A stretch of DNA of 64,000 nucleotides, from positions 1,152,001-1,216,000 of the forward strand of contig OZ243037.1 in assembly GCA_965212015.1 (NCBI GenBank), read 5' to 3'. Source of the stretch: Cenarchaeum sp. (GTDB lineage Archaea; Thermoproteota; Nitrososphaeria; Nitrososphaerales; Nitrosopumilaceae). The translations under genes and the position numbers were made by a program. This document shows, piece after piece, positions 38,464 to 47,474 of the stretch. Below the pieces are notes generated by a model. That model had not been told where the DNA came from and did not search any database. It worked only from the letters and a program-made list of their open reading frames with translations. Positions within the stretch are counted from its first letter, which is position 1, and each line of letters opens with the position of its first letter.

Positions 38464-38551
38464 TGGTGCGGGAGATGGGATTCGAACCCACGAACTCCTG
38501 AGAGATAAGGATCTGAACCTTACGCCTTTGGCCAGGCTGGGCGACTCCCGC
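38464..38551 (-). tRNA. tRNA-Leu(CAG), encoded CCA
   Basis: TAAGG-TT-CAG-AT-CCTTA anticodon arm, long variable arm, GTTCGAATC. Confidence 0.96.
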
Positions 38552-38691
38552 ACGATAAAAATGAAAAAAAATACGGCATAAGTTTCTTTATGTGGCACAG
38601 ATCAGGCGCCATTTGGGGGCGCATGACGGATCGGGCGCAAACCGGATGTTTCGTTAGTTAAAATGAGAGGCCGTCGATCCCCGTGTGGGAA

Positions 38692-38874
38692 ATGACGCGA
38701 TACAGGGAGATTTATTGCAATAACTGTAAAAAGATTCTTGGCAGGTACAATACAAAGTATTACTCGGAGAGCAAGATCGGCGAGGTGATCAGGACAAACC
38801 ATTCCCTGCACGTAAGGGAGGGACACGACCTAGAGCAGAGGCTGACGCAGGAAAAACCGGATCACGGGAATTAA
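38692..38874 (+). CDS. Small putative Zn-binding protein
   Basis: CNNC plus H..H...GH. Confidence 0.65.
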   Translation: MTRYREIYCNNCKKILGRYNTKYYSESKIGEVIRTNHSLHVREGHDLEQRLTQEKPDHGN

Positions 38875-39956
38875 GAGTCGAATTCCTCCAATAGTTTTTT
38901 TTGCGTTTTGGTCAGCTTTTTGGGTATGTTTACGACGATTCTCACGTATTGATCCCCGCGGCCGGAGCCCTGGTGCGGCACCCCCCTGCCCTTCAACTTT
39001 ATGATATGGTTGGGCTGGGTGCCCGAATCCATCACTATATCCTCCGTGCCGTCAAGGGTCGGAACGCTGATTTTCCTGCCGAGTGCGGCATCGGTCATGG
39101 AAACGTCCCGATCATAAAAAATGTCGCCTCCGTCCCTTTTGAATTCCCGATGCGGCTCGACGTGGATTCTGATTATCAAGTCCCCGTTGACGCCGCCCGG
39201 TACAAACTCGCCCTCGTTTTGTATTGTGTAGTCCCCATTGTCGGCCCCCGGCGGAATCGAGAATTCCAGGTGCTTTGTTCCCTTTTTTACCCCCCGTCCC
39301 CTGCATTCCTTGCATGGTTTTTGAATCACCTGTCCCTCGCCCCTGCACTTTGGGCACGACACCACCGTAACAAACGAGGTGAATCCCATGTTTCTGCTTT
39401 TTCTGACCTGGCCGTGTCCGCCGCACTGCGCACAGGATGTCTTTGAGCTTCCGGGTTCGCATCCTGTCGCCTCACAGGCGTTGCATGCGACGTTTTTCTT
39501 GAGATCAAGATCCATATTTTTTCCCTTCAGGACGTCTATGAGTGAGATTGCAGTCTCGTACAGCATGTCTGAGCCGCGCTGCCTCCTGCCCCCAAAGCCG
39601 CCTCCCTGTCCCATAAAATTCTCAAAGATGGATTCGAATCCGCCCCTTCCGGAACGGCCGAACAGATCATTGAATACGTCATTAAAGTTGCCGCTTGCGC
39701 CCTGAAATATGTCCTCGGTGCTGTACTTTCCGTCGACTCCGGCGTGTCCGTACTGGTCGTATATCCCCCTTTTTTTGGAATCAGATAAAACTGCATAGGC
39801 CTCGGAGATTTCCTTAAAGTGCTCCGAGGCTTCGGCCGACTTGTTACGGTCGGGGTGGAATTTTAGGGCAAGTTTGCGATACTGGGATTTAATCTCGCTG
39901 GCCGGAGACGACTTTGATAGTCCCAAGACTTCGTAATAATCTCTTTTTGCAGTCAT
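38871..39956 (-). CDS. dnaJ: Chaperone DnaJ
   Basis: J domain HPD, G/F region, four CxxCxGxG-type motifs. Confidence 0.98.
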   Translation of the reverse strand: MTAKRDYYEVLGLSKSSPASEIKSQYRKLALKFHPDRNKSAEASEHFKEISEAYAVLSDSKKRGIYDQYGHAGVDGKYSTEDIFQGASGNFNDVFNDLFGRSGRGGFESIFENFMGQGGGFGGRRQRGSDMLYETAISLIDVLKGKNMDLDLKKNVACNACEATGCEPGSSKTSCAQCGGHGQVRKSRNMGFTSFVTVVSCPKCRGEGQVIQKPCKECRGRGVKKGTKHLEFSIPPGADNGDYTIQNEGEFVPGGVNGDLIIRIHVEPHREFKRDGGDIFYDRDVSMTDAALGRKISVPTLDGTEDIVMDSGTQPNHIIKLKGRGVPHQGSGRGDQYVRIVVNIPKKLTKTQKKLLEEFDS

Positions 39957-39984
39957 GAATAGTCGTACAAGAATTACAAATTAT

Positions 39985-41907
39985 TTAATTGGTTCCCGTT
40001 CCCTTGTTTTTGTCCTGATTTTCAGGGTCGGGTTTATCTGCATCTGCCTGTCCTGCATCTGCCTGTCCTGCATCTGCCTGTCCTGCATCTGCCTGTCCTG
40101 CATCTGCCTGTCCTGATGCCTGATCCCCTCCAGCGGATCCCGGCCCGGGGGAGGCGGCGTTTTTATACAATTCGGTGGTAATTTCGTTTACTATGGACTT
40201 TAGGGATTCCAGCTTTGGCTTTAGGACGCCTACTTCCTTGTCAAGCGCCTCTTTTACCTCCTTTATTGCGTCGGTGACCTTGATTCCCTGTTCCTGAGAG
40301 ATTTTATCCTTCAAATCGTGATTGACCAGCTTTTCGGTGGTATAGATATAGCTCTCCGCCTCGTTTTTGATTTCCACCTTTTCCTTTTTCTTTTTGTCCT
40401 CGTCGGAGAACTTTTCGGCGTCCTCTTTTAGATTTTTGATTTCATCCTCGGATAGCTTTGAGCTGGACTCTATCGTGATTTTTGCCTCCTTTTGCGTGCC
40501 CAGATCCTTTGCAGTGACGTTGATTATTCCGTTGGCGTCAATGTCAAATTTCACCTCTATTTGCGGCACTCCCCTGGGCGCGGGCGGAAGATCCGTCAGG
40601 TTAAAGCTTCCAAGTGACACATTGTCAGTCGCCATCGGCCTTTCGCCCTGGACAACATGTATGGTTACTGCCGTCTGGTTGTCTGCCGCGGTGGTAAAGA
40701 CCTTGCCCTTTGAGGTGGGAATTGTGGTGTTTCTCTCGATTAACGGTTCACGGACGCCGCCAAGGGTTTCAATGCCCAGAGTCAGCGGGGTGACGTCAAG
40801 AAGTACAATGTCGCTAGAGACATCGCCTGCTATGATTCCGGCCTGAATTGCGGCGCCCATTGCTACTGCCTCCATTGGATCCACGCCGGATTCTGCCTCC
40901 TTGCCCACTACAGAGCTTACAAATTTTCTGACAGAGGGCATCCTGGTGGGTCCTCCCACCATTACAATCTTTGATATGTCTGATGAGGAAAGTTTTGCAT
41001 CCTCGAGGGATTTTTCAATGGATGTCCGGCACTTTTCAATGATCGGGTTGACTAGATCCTCAAGCTTTGCCCTAGTCAGCCGCAGCTCCAGGTTTTTGGG
41101 TCCCGACGAGGGATCATGCGATATGAACGGAAGGTTGATGTCAGTCTCCATTACCGTGGACAGCTCGATTTTCGCCTTTTCGGCGGCCTCCCGTACGCGG
41201 GTTATTGCAGTACTGTTCCCCGACAGATCGATTCCCTCTTTTTTTCTAAAATCATCCACGATGTAATCTATGATTGACTTGTCCATGTCCGTTCCGCCAA
41301 GCTGCGTATCGCCTGACGTGCTCATCACCTCAAAGACTCCGCCGCCCATCTCCATGGTCGTGACGTCGAGTGTTCCGCCGCCAAAATCAAAGACGAGTAT
41401 TTTCATGTCCTGCTTTGACTTGTCAAGGCCGAATGCAAGCGAGGCCGCAGTGGGCTCGTTGATTATCCTGACCACATCAAGGCCCGCAATGGTGCCGGCA
41501 TCCTTGGTCGCCTGGCGCTGGTTGTCATCAAAATACGCGGGAACCGTAATTACCGCCTTTTCGATTTTTTCCCCGATGAATGCCTCTGCGTCTTTTTTGA
41601 TTTTTTGCAGGATAAACGAGGAGATTTGCTGCGGCTTGTAATCCTTGCCCTGAATTTTAAAGACGTGATCGCTGCCCATCTTTCTTTTTGCCGCAATGAT
41701 GGTGTTTTCCGGATTGGTGACAGTCTGCCTGCGTGCGGGTTCGCCCACCAAGAGATCACCGTCCTTTGAGAAGGCAACGACTGACGGGAATGCCTTGCCC
41801 CCCGTAGTCGTCCCCTCGGCGGCGGGGATTATGCTGGGCTTGCCGCCCATCATGACTGCTGCCGCAGAATTGCTCGTTCCAAGGTCGATACCGATTATTT
41901 TTGCCAT
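39985..41907 (-). CDS. dnaK: Chaperone DnaK (Hsp70)
   Basis: [15 protein letters not shown] and DFGGGT. Confidence 0.99.
   Translation of the reverse strand: MAKIIGIDLGTSNSAAAVMMGGKPSIIPAAEGTTTGGKAFPSVVAFSKDGDLLVGEPARRQTVTNPENTIIAAKRKMGSDHVFKIQGKDYKPQQISSFILQKIKKDAEAFIGEKIEKAVITVPAYFDDNQRQATKDAGTIAGLDVVRIINEPTAASLAFGLDKSKQDMKILVFDFGGGTLDVTTMEMGGGVFEVMSTSGDTQLGGTDMDKSIIDYIVDDFRKKEGIDLSGNSTAITRVREAAEKAKIELSTVMETDINLPFISHDPSSGPKNLELRLTRAKLEDLVNPIIEKCRTSIEKSLEDAKLSSSDISKIVMVGGPTRMPSVRKFVSSVVGKEAESGVDPMEAVAMGAAIQAGIIAGDVSSDIVLLDVTPLTLGIETLGGVREPLIERNTTIPTSKGKVFTTAADNQTAVTIHVVQGERPMATDNVSLGSFNLTDLPPAPRGVPQIEVKFDIDANGIINVTAKDLGTQKEAKITIESSSKLSEDEIKNLKEDAEKFSDEDKKKKEKVEIKNEAESYIYTTEKLVNHDLKDKISQEQGIKVTDAIKEVKEALDKEVGVLKPKLESLKSIVNEITTELYKNAASPGPGSAGGDQASGQADAGQADAGQADAGQADAGQADADKPDPENQDKNKGTGTN
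40038..40121 (-). repeat. 15-bp coding tandem repeat (GQADA)n in the DnaK tail
   Basis: CTGCATCTGCCTGTC repeated five times. Confidence 0.9.
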
Positions 41908-41921
41908 TTTATTTCATCTAA

Positions 41922-42518
41922 TTAATTTGATTTTGGTTTTTTTGATATTTCAACTAGTGCCGGTCTAATTACCGTATTATGAGAAATATATCCTTTCCTG
42001 ATCTCCTTTGTGATTGTGCCGTCATCTAGCATGCCGTCCTCGGCCACGGAGATCGCCTCGTGGAAGTTGGGGTCAAATATCTCCCCTAGCGAGTCAATCG
42101 GGGTGACTCCGCACTTTAGGAGCAGCGATTGCATATTCCTTAGGATAGAGTCAAAACCGTCGGCCAGCGTCTTGTTTTCGGCCGCCGCCGCCCTGGCCCT
42201 GTTAAAATCGTCGTATATCCCGAGAAGATCCAGCATGTACCTGTCGATTCTCGCATTGATGCCGTTCTCAATGTCGGATTTTGTCTTTCGCTCCAGGTTT
42301 TGAAAGTCGGCCATGGTGTGCTTTAGTTTTTCATCGGCTGCGGCGACTTTATGCCTTTCCTGCGAGAGCAGATCACGCAGCTCCTCGACAGAATCTCCGT
42401 GATCGATTGCCGGGCCGGGCTCTTTTTCCGGATTGTGCGGTTCCGGCCCTTGATCTGGGGCGGGTTCCGAATCCCTTATAATCACCGGAATCTCGTCTGA
42501 TTCGCCGTTTTCTTCCAA
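41922..42518 (-). CDS. grpE: Nucleotide exchange factor GrpE
   Basis: ADFQN, FDPNFHEA and KGY..IRPALV. Confidence 0.96.
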   Translation of the reverse strand: MEENGESDEIPVIIRDSEPAPDQGPEPHNPEKEPGPAIDHGDSVEELRDLLSQERHKVAAADEKLKHTMADFQNLERKTKSDIENGINARIDRYMLDLLGIYDDFNRARAAAAENKTLADGFDSILRNMQSLLLKCGVTPIDSLGEIFDPNFHEAISVAEDGMLDDGTITKEIRKGYISHNTVIRPALVEISKKPKSN

Positions 42519-42552
42519 TCTAGCAACTGCTGGTTTTTGGCTGATTTTAATC

Positions 42553-43692
42553 CTATTGTATTACTTCGCACAACGGGTTTGCCTTTATCACGATGAGATC
42601 ATTGTTTTTCTTGCCCTTTTTGATTTTTTCAAGGTCTTTTTTGGAGCAGACTACGACTATGATGATCCTGTCGTCGTGGTACAGATCAAGGTTGCTTTCC
42701 TCGTACGATTCCACATCCCCGATATAGTCGCGAAGATGCGACGTCAGGTGCCGGTACATTTCAATTTTATCGCCCCGCATCTCGTGCCGATCCATGGTCC
42801 ACGCGAGGGCAATCTTGATTCTGCTGGCCTTGAGATCGTTTTTCTTTAATGTGGAGCGGATCTCGTCTATCAGCCGTTTGATATATCCCTCTATTCCTTT
42901 TACTCCCCCGTTTATCAGGTACATGAGCGTGCTTGTGCCCTCAAAGGAGGTTCCAAGCGAGCGCAGATCATACAGCCCCCCTACCATGTCATCAAAGAAC
43001 ATGTTCTTGAATTCGTCAGACGAGAGATCTCTCCGCGTCTGCTTGTCCATGACGAACTTGAAGACCTCAAGGATGCTGCAAAGCGTGGAGAAATGCGTCA
43101 GCACGTCAATTGCGTGATAGTGCTCAGAAGACGACAGGGAAACAAAGCTTTTTGCGGCCTTGTCGGCTAGCAGTTCCAGCAGTTTTTCGTCGGTTTTATT
43201 GTTAAACGAGCCGATTACATGCGGGTTGTTCTCTGCGGAGCTTAGGGGATAGTAATAGTACGATGTGGTCTTTCCCACCTCAAAGCCCGTCACGTGTTCA
43301 AGCAGTGATATGTTCTCGTTGTTTCCGTTAAACCCCGTGGGAAGGTTGTACACCACGGAGCTGTTTTTCTTGAGGGCCGATATGGCATCCTTGAATTTCG
43401 AGTGGATTTCCGTTTTTATGTCCTGGCCGGTTTTTCTTATTCTGGGTGCGAAAAACAGGTACTGCGCCTTTGAGATGGCCACGTCGATGGGCTCAAGGGA
43501 CAGTATGGGCTCGTCCTCCTGCAGTGAGGAGACATCAGGGTAGGATTTTGCAATGTCAGGCGTGAGGGATATGGCAGACGGCGTAAGCTCGTCGATAAGC
43601 GAGACTGGGATTCCCCTGATGGCCATTTGACACGCAATTGCATAGCCCTCGGTGCTGAGTCCGTAAACTACCACCTTGGGGCCTTTCATCAC
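42553..43692 (-). CDS. Degenerate nucleotide-sugar dehydrogenase-like conserved protein
   Basis: Rossmann-like start VVVYGLSTEG; overall layout resembles the UDP-sugar dehydrogenase family without its canonical motifs. Confidence 0.6.
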   Translation of the reverse strand: MMKGPKVVVYGLSTEGYAIACQMAIRGIPVSLIDELTPSAISLTPDIAKSYPDVSSLQEDEPILSLEPIDVAISKAQYLFFAPRIRKTGQDIKTEIHSKFKDAISALKKNSSVVYNLPTGFNGNNENISLLEHVTGFEVGKTTSYYYYPLSSAENNPHVIGSFNNKTDEKLLELLADKAAKSFVSLSSSEHYHAIDVLTHFSTLCSILEVFKFVMDKQTRRDLSSDEFKNMFFDDMVGGLYDLRSLGTSFEGTSTLMYLINGGVKGIEGYIKRLIDEIRSTLKKNDLKASRIKIALAWTMDRHEMRGDKIEMYRHLTSHLRDYIGDVESYEESNLDLYHDDRIIIVVVCSKKDLEKIKKGKKNNDLIVIKANPLCEVIQ

Positions 43693-44234
43693 ACAAAATC
43701 AGCGTGAATGGACTAAAAACTTATTGAACTAGGGGATTCCGTCGGAAATGCCTGAAAATCAGGTTTGTGCCGGTTCTGCGGAATCGCCGTTTTTCAGACC
43801 ATCGCAAGACCGCCCCGCACGGTTTGGCGCTTTGCCGGATTTTTTATTTTTGGTATTTTCTGGCCGATTTTGCCAGAAATCACCGCTTTTGCATGCAAAA
43901 TGGAGCTGGGTCTCGCGGCATTTGCATTCCATACAACACGGATGCGGATTCGGGAAGCTAGTTTGTCTGGAATTATGAGCAGTCAGAGTATGCCTGTTGT
44001 GACTGCAAATCGGGGCAGTTTTGGAGGTATTCGGCCAGAAAAGGCAGTGTCAGGATTGCACCGGGAAAAACCAGACGCATTCCCGCGTCTTGCGCCAGAA
44101 ATGCGGACTGTCCCAAAAAAACGCCGGCGACTGCAGGTGCCGTGAGATCGGCAGGTGGGATTTGCAGATGCGGCATGATACGGGCCGCTTGCAATAGAAA
44201 ATAACATTAAGGGATTGAAAACCTTGCTCATAGA

Positions 44235-44307
44235 AGCCCGGTAGTGTAGTGGTCAAGCATGGGGGCCTTTGGAGCCCTTGACCCCAGTTCGAGTCTGGGC
44301 CGGGCTA
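44235..44307 (+). tRNA. tRNA-Gln(TTG)
   Basis: AGCCCGG/CCGGGCT acceptor stem; GGGGC-CT-TTG-GA-GCCCT anticodon arm. Confidence 0.95.
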
Positions 44308-44324
44308 TCTCTTTTTTTGCGGTG

Positions 44325-45086
44325 CTAAAAGTCCAGCTTTGTCAGCATCTTGATGGCGACTGCAAACAGTCCCGCTGCAAGTACGGTCACTATCATCATC
44401 TCTACTATGACAAACTCTGTGATGGTTCCAAAGATTCCCGCCCGGATCACGTCCACAAGATAGGTCAGGGGATTGAGGTAAAAGGCAACTGAGAGCAGCT
44501 CGGGGGCGCCAGATGCGGGATAAAACGCCGTGCTGACAAACGCAAAAAACAAAAACACCGTGTTGATAATTACATTAAACCCCTCGCTTGATTTGAGCCT
44601 CGTCGATATTATCGACGCTATGGAGCCGAACAGGATCGAGCCCGTAATGGCGGCAAAGACTAGCAGCGGGATCGTTACAAGGCCAAACTCAACCTGTTCG
44701 AAATAAACCAGGTATCCCAGCGCCGCAATCAGGGCGGCGCTGACCAGTCCCACGATTCCCTGCGTGATCACGTTGCTTATGATATAGTGCGTCCTGGTAA
44801 ACGGCCCGGACATGATCTGCTCGAACATTCCGTGCCGCCTGTCATTCCAGATTATTATCCCGGTAACCAGCGTGCTGTTCATTATGTTAAAGCCGATCAT
44901 TCCCGTAGCCAGATACGCCGGATACCCGAGATCCTTGTCCCCGAACGGGACCTTTTCAATCAGGGAGGTGTATGCGAATCCCGCCACAAAGATGTAAATC
45001 AGCGGGAATATCACCTGCCAAATCAGGAATCCGGGGTTCAACGAGATGGTGATGTTGCGGTTTACAAGCCTAATTACCGGATGCAT
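44325..45086 (-). CDS. ABC-2 type exporter permease
   Basis: About six TM helices; FYP and NPLTYLVD. Confidence 0.92.
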   Translation of the reverse strand: MHPVIRLVNRNITISLNPGFLIWQVIFPLIYIFVAGFAYTSLIEKVPFGDKDLGYPAYLATGMIGFNIMNSTLVTGIIIWNDRRHGMFEQIMSGPFTRTHYIISNVITQGIVGLVSAALIAALGYLVYFEQVEFGLVTIPLLVFAAITGSILFGSIASIISTRLKSSEGFNVIINTVFLFFAFVSTAFYPASGAPELLSVAFYLNPLTYLVDVIRAGIFGTITEFVIVEMMIVTVLAAGLFAVAIKMLTKLDF

Positions 45087-46011
45087 CGTAATCCTCCACC
45101 ACTTTGAGAAATATCTCCTCGAGGTTCGTGGGAACGGCGGACAGATCCTCAATCTCGACGCCGTTGTCGCCGAGTATCTGCAGCACCCGCAACAGGACGC
45201 CGCTGGACCCGGCAGAGCGTATGGTGATGTCAGTGCCGGTCCCGAATTCTATCTTGCAGTCGCCGATTCCCCCCAGCAGCCCGGCGACGTCCTGCCTCCT
45301 AGAGGAGATGTGAATCTTGATTGTCTTTTGCTGGCCGAACCTGTTTTTGAGCTCCTCAGGCGAGGCGACTGTAATGATTCTCCCCTTGTTGATTATGGCT
45401 ATCTCGTCGCAGATGTACTCGGCCTCTGTCAGAACGTGCGTGGTAAAAAAAATCGTCAGGCCCGATTTTGCCTTGTTTTTGAGATAGTCAAGCAGGCTTC
45501 TTCGCGCCGAGGGATCCAGGCCGGAGGTGGGCTCGTCAAGAAACAAGAGATCCATGTCGTGCATGAACTCCCTTGCAACCTGCACCCTGCGCCTCTGCCC
45601 TATCGAGAGATCCTCGTTTTTCTGTCCCCTGATCCCAGACAGGCCAAAGTCGGCTATCAGCTGCTCTGTGCGCCTCCTGCGATCCGCCGCCGGAACGTCC
45701 CACATCATGCCGTACTTTTCTAGCGACTTTTCAACGGTCAGGGTGGGCTCGTAGCTTGGCTGCTGGAGGACGACGCCTATTCTTTTTCTCACCCCAAGGG
45801 GGTGCGCCGTCGCGTCGGTTCCAAACACGCTCAGCTCCCCGCTGCTTGGCCGAATCAGGGTGGTAAGCAGCTTTATGGTGGTGGATTTGCCCGCCCCGTT
45901 GGGGCCCAAAAACCCAAAGACCTGCCCGGATTTCACCGACAGATCGATGCAATCCACGGCATTGACGCCCCCGTATGACTTTGTCATCTTGCGCGCGCTA
46001 ATACACGACAT
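45070..46011 (-). CDS. ABC exporter ATP-binding protein
   Basis: GPNGAGKST, LSIGQ and LDEPTSGLD. Confidence 0.95.
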   Translation of the reverse strand: MSCISARKMTKSYGGVNAVDCIDLSVKSGQVFGFLGPNGAGKSTTIKLLTTLIRPSSGELSVFGTDATAHPLGVRKRIGVVLQQPSYEPTLTVEKSLEKYGMMWDVPAADRRRRTEQLIADFGLSGIRGQKNEDLSIGQRRRVQVAREFMHDMDLLFLDEPTSGLDPSARRSLLDYLKNKAKSGLTIFFTTHVLTEAEYICDEIAIINKGRIITVASPEELKNRFGQQKTIKIHISSRRQDVAGLLGGIGDCKIEFGTGTDITIRSAGSSGVLLRVLQILGDNGVEIEDLSAVPTNLEEIFLKVVEDYDASGN

Positions 46012-46058
46012 GACCGTGATCCGGGGCGCCTCCTAATGTAGTTAATGAAATTTTTATA

Positions 46059-47474
46059 ATGCGTCATTTGCAAACAAGCATGGCCGAATTCGACGAACTG
46101 CTAAAAAAACTGCTGGGGCAGAGGCCGGAGCTGAGCCAGGCCGATATCGAGGAGAGGATCAAGCAAAAGAAGGAAAAGATCGGGGCGGGCTATCTCACCG
46201 ATCAGGGGGCCCTGTTCTTGATTGCAGCGGATCTGGACATATCGATTGCCGGGCCGCTCAAAGTCGAGATGGGCCTCAAGGATCTGTACGTGGGGGCAAA
46301 AGAGATCTCCGTAGAGACCCGGGTGCTGAACCTCTCGCCCACAAAGCAGTATTCCAGAAAGGACGGCACAGAGTTCTCGCTGCGCACAATGACGGTATAC
46401 GACGGGGACTCGACTGCAAGCGTAAAGCTGTGGGACGAAAAGGCCAACCTTCCCGGAATCGGCGAGCTAAAGCCGGGGGATTTGATTAGGATCATAAAGG
46501 CGTATGTAAAGTCCGACCTGGACGGGTCGGCCACCATCAATGTCGGCTCTGGATCAACCATCGAGCCGATGGAGGATCAAAGCAGCATCCCCTCGATTGA
46601 CTCGATAACTGTGGATTCAAGCCAGATCAAGGAGGGCGGAAAGAACCTCGTAGTCTCCGGACTAGTCGACGGCCCGATAGGCTCGATACAGTTTACCAAC
46701 TCGCGGGGACAGCCCGGCAAGGGGCTAAAGTTCGGATTAAAGGGCAAGGACGGCAAGTCAGTCAGGATAGTTGTGTGGGGACGGGACGAGGCAGACCTGC
46801 CGTCGGTGATATCGCTTGGCGCCAAGGCCAGGTTGCTCGGGGTCAGGACAAAGGACGGGCAGCAGGGGCTGGAGATTCACGGCAACGAGTCGACTATAAT
46901 CCAGATAGACGGCCCGCACGAGGCCCAGCCCGTCACTGCCAGGATAATTGCCATGACAAAGACCGACGCCGGAAACAGGATCGTGGGGGTGGACGGCGAG
47001 AGGAATCTCTTGCACTTTTCGGACGGCTCTGGCATCACAGGCGAGTTCAAGGAGGGCGACGTAATAGAGTGCATGCCCTCAAGGGCCTTTGGAAACTCGA
47101 TCACGCTTGATTCCAACTCGTTTGTAAGAAAGATGGACGACTCGCAGTCGATTCCCAAACGGGGCGAGCTGAGAACAAAGATCTCAGAGATAAGCGCCGA
47201 GAACACCTATTGTATAGAGGCCATAGTGCTAAAGATTCCCGGCAGGCGGGACATTCAGACAAAGGCAGGCGAGTCAGTGGCGCTGTCTGAAATGTTCATA
47301 GAGGACGACTCGGGACAGATGTGGGTCAAGGGATGGAGAAACAATGCCGGATTGATCGACAAGTGCTCGCTCGGGGAGATTGTCTCAATCGTGGATGTAG
47401 CCGCAAAGGCGGGCTTTGAGGGGAGAACCGAGCTGGTCCTGGGGGCGTTCTCAAAGGTAACCAAAAAGGACTAG
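46059..47474 (+). CDS. rpa: Replication protein A / multi-OB-fold ssDNA-binding protein
   Basis: N-terminal GYLTDQGA helix bundle; OB folds with DxT/SG..V.LW signatures. Confidence 0.88.
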   Translation: MRHLQTSMAEFDELLKKLLGQRPELSQADIEERIKQKKEKIGAGYLTDQGALFLIAADLDISIAGPLKVEMGLKDLYVGAKEISVETRVLNLSPTKQYSRKDGTEFSLRTMTVYDGDSTASVKLWDEKANLPGIGELKPGDLIRIIKAYVKSDLDGSATINVGSGSTIEPMEDQSSIPSIDSITVDSSQIKEGGKNLVVSGLVDGPIGSIQFTNSRGQPGKGLKFGLKGKDGKSVRIVVWGRDEADLPSVISLGAKARLLGVRTKDGQQGLEIHGNESTIIQIDGPHEAQPVTARIIAMTKTDAGNRIVGVDGERNLLHFSDGSGITGEFKEGDVIECMPSRAFGNSITLDSNSFVRKMDDSQSIPKRGELRTKISEISAENTYCIEAIVLKIPGRRDIQTKAGESVALSEMFIEDDSGQMWVKGWRNNAGLIDKCSLGEIVSIVDVAAKAGFEGRTELVLGAFSKVTKKD

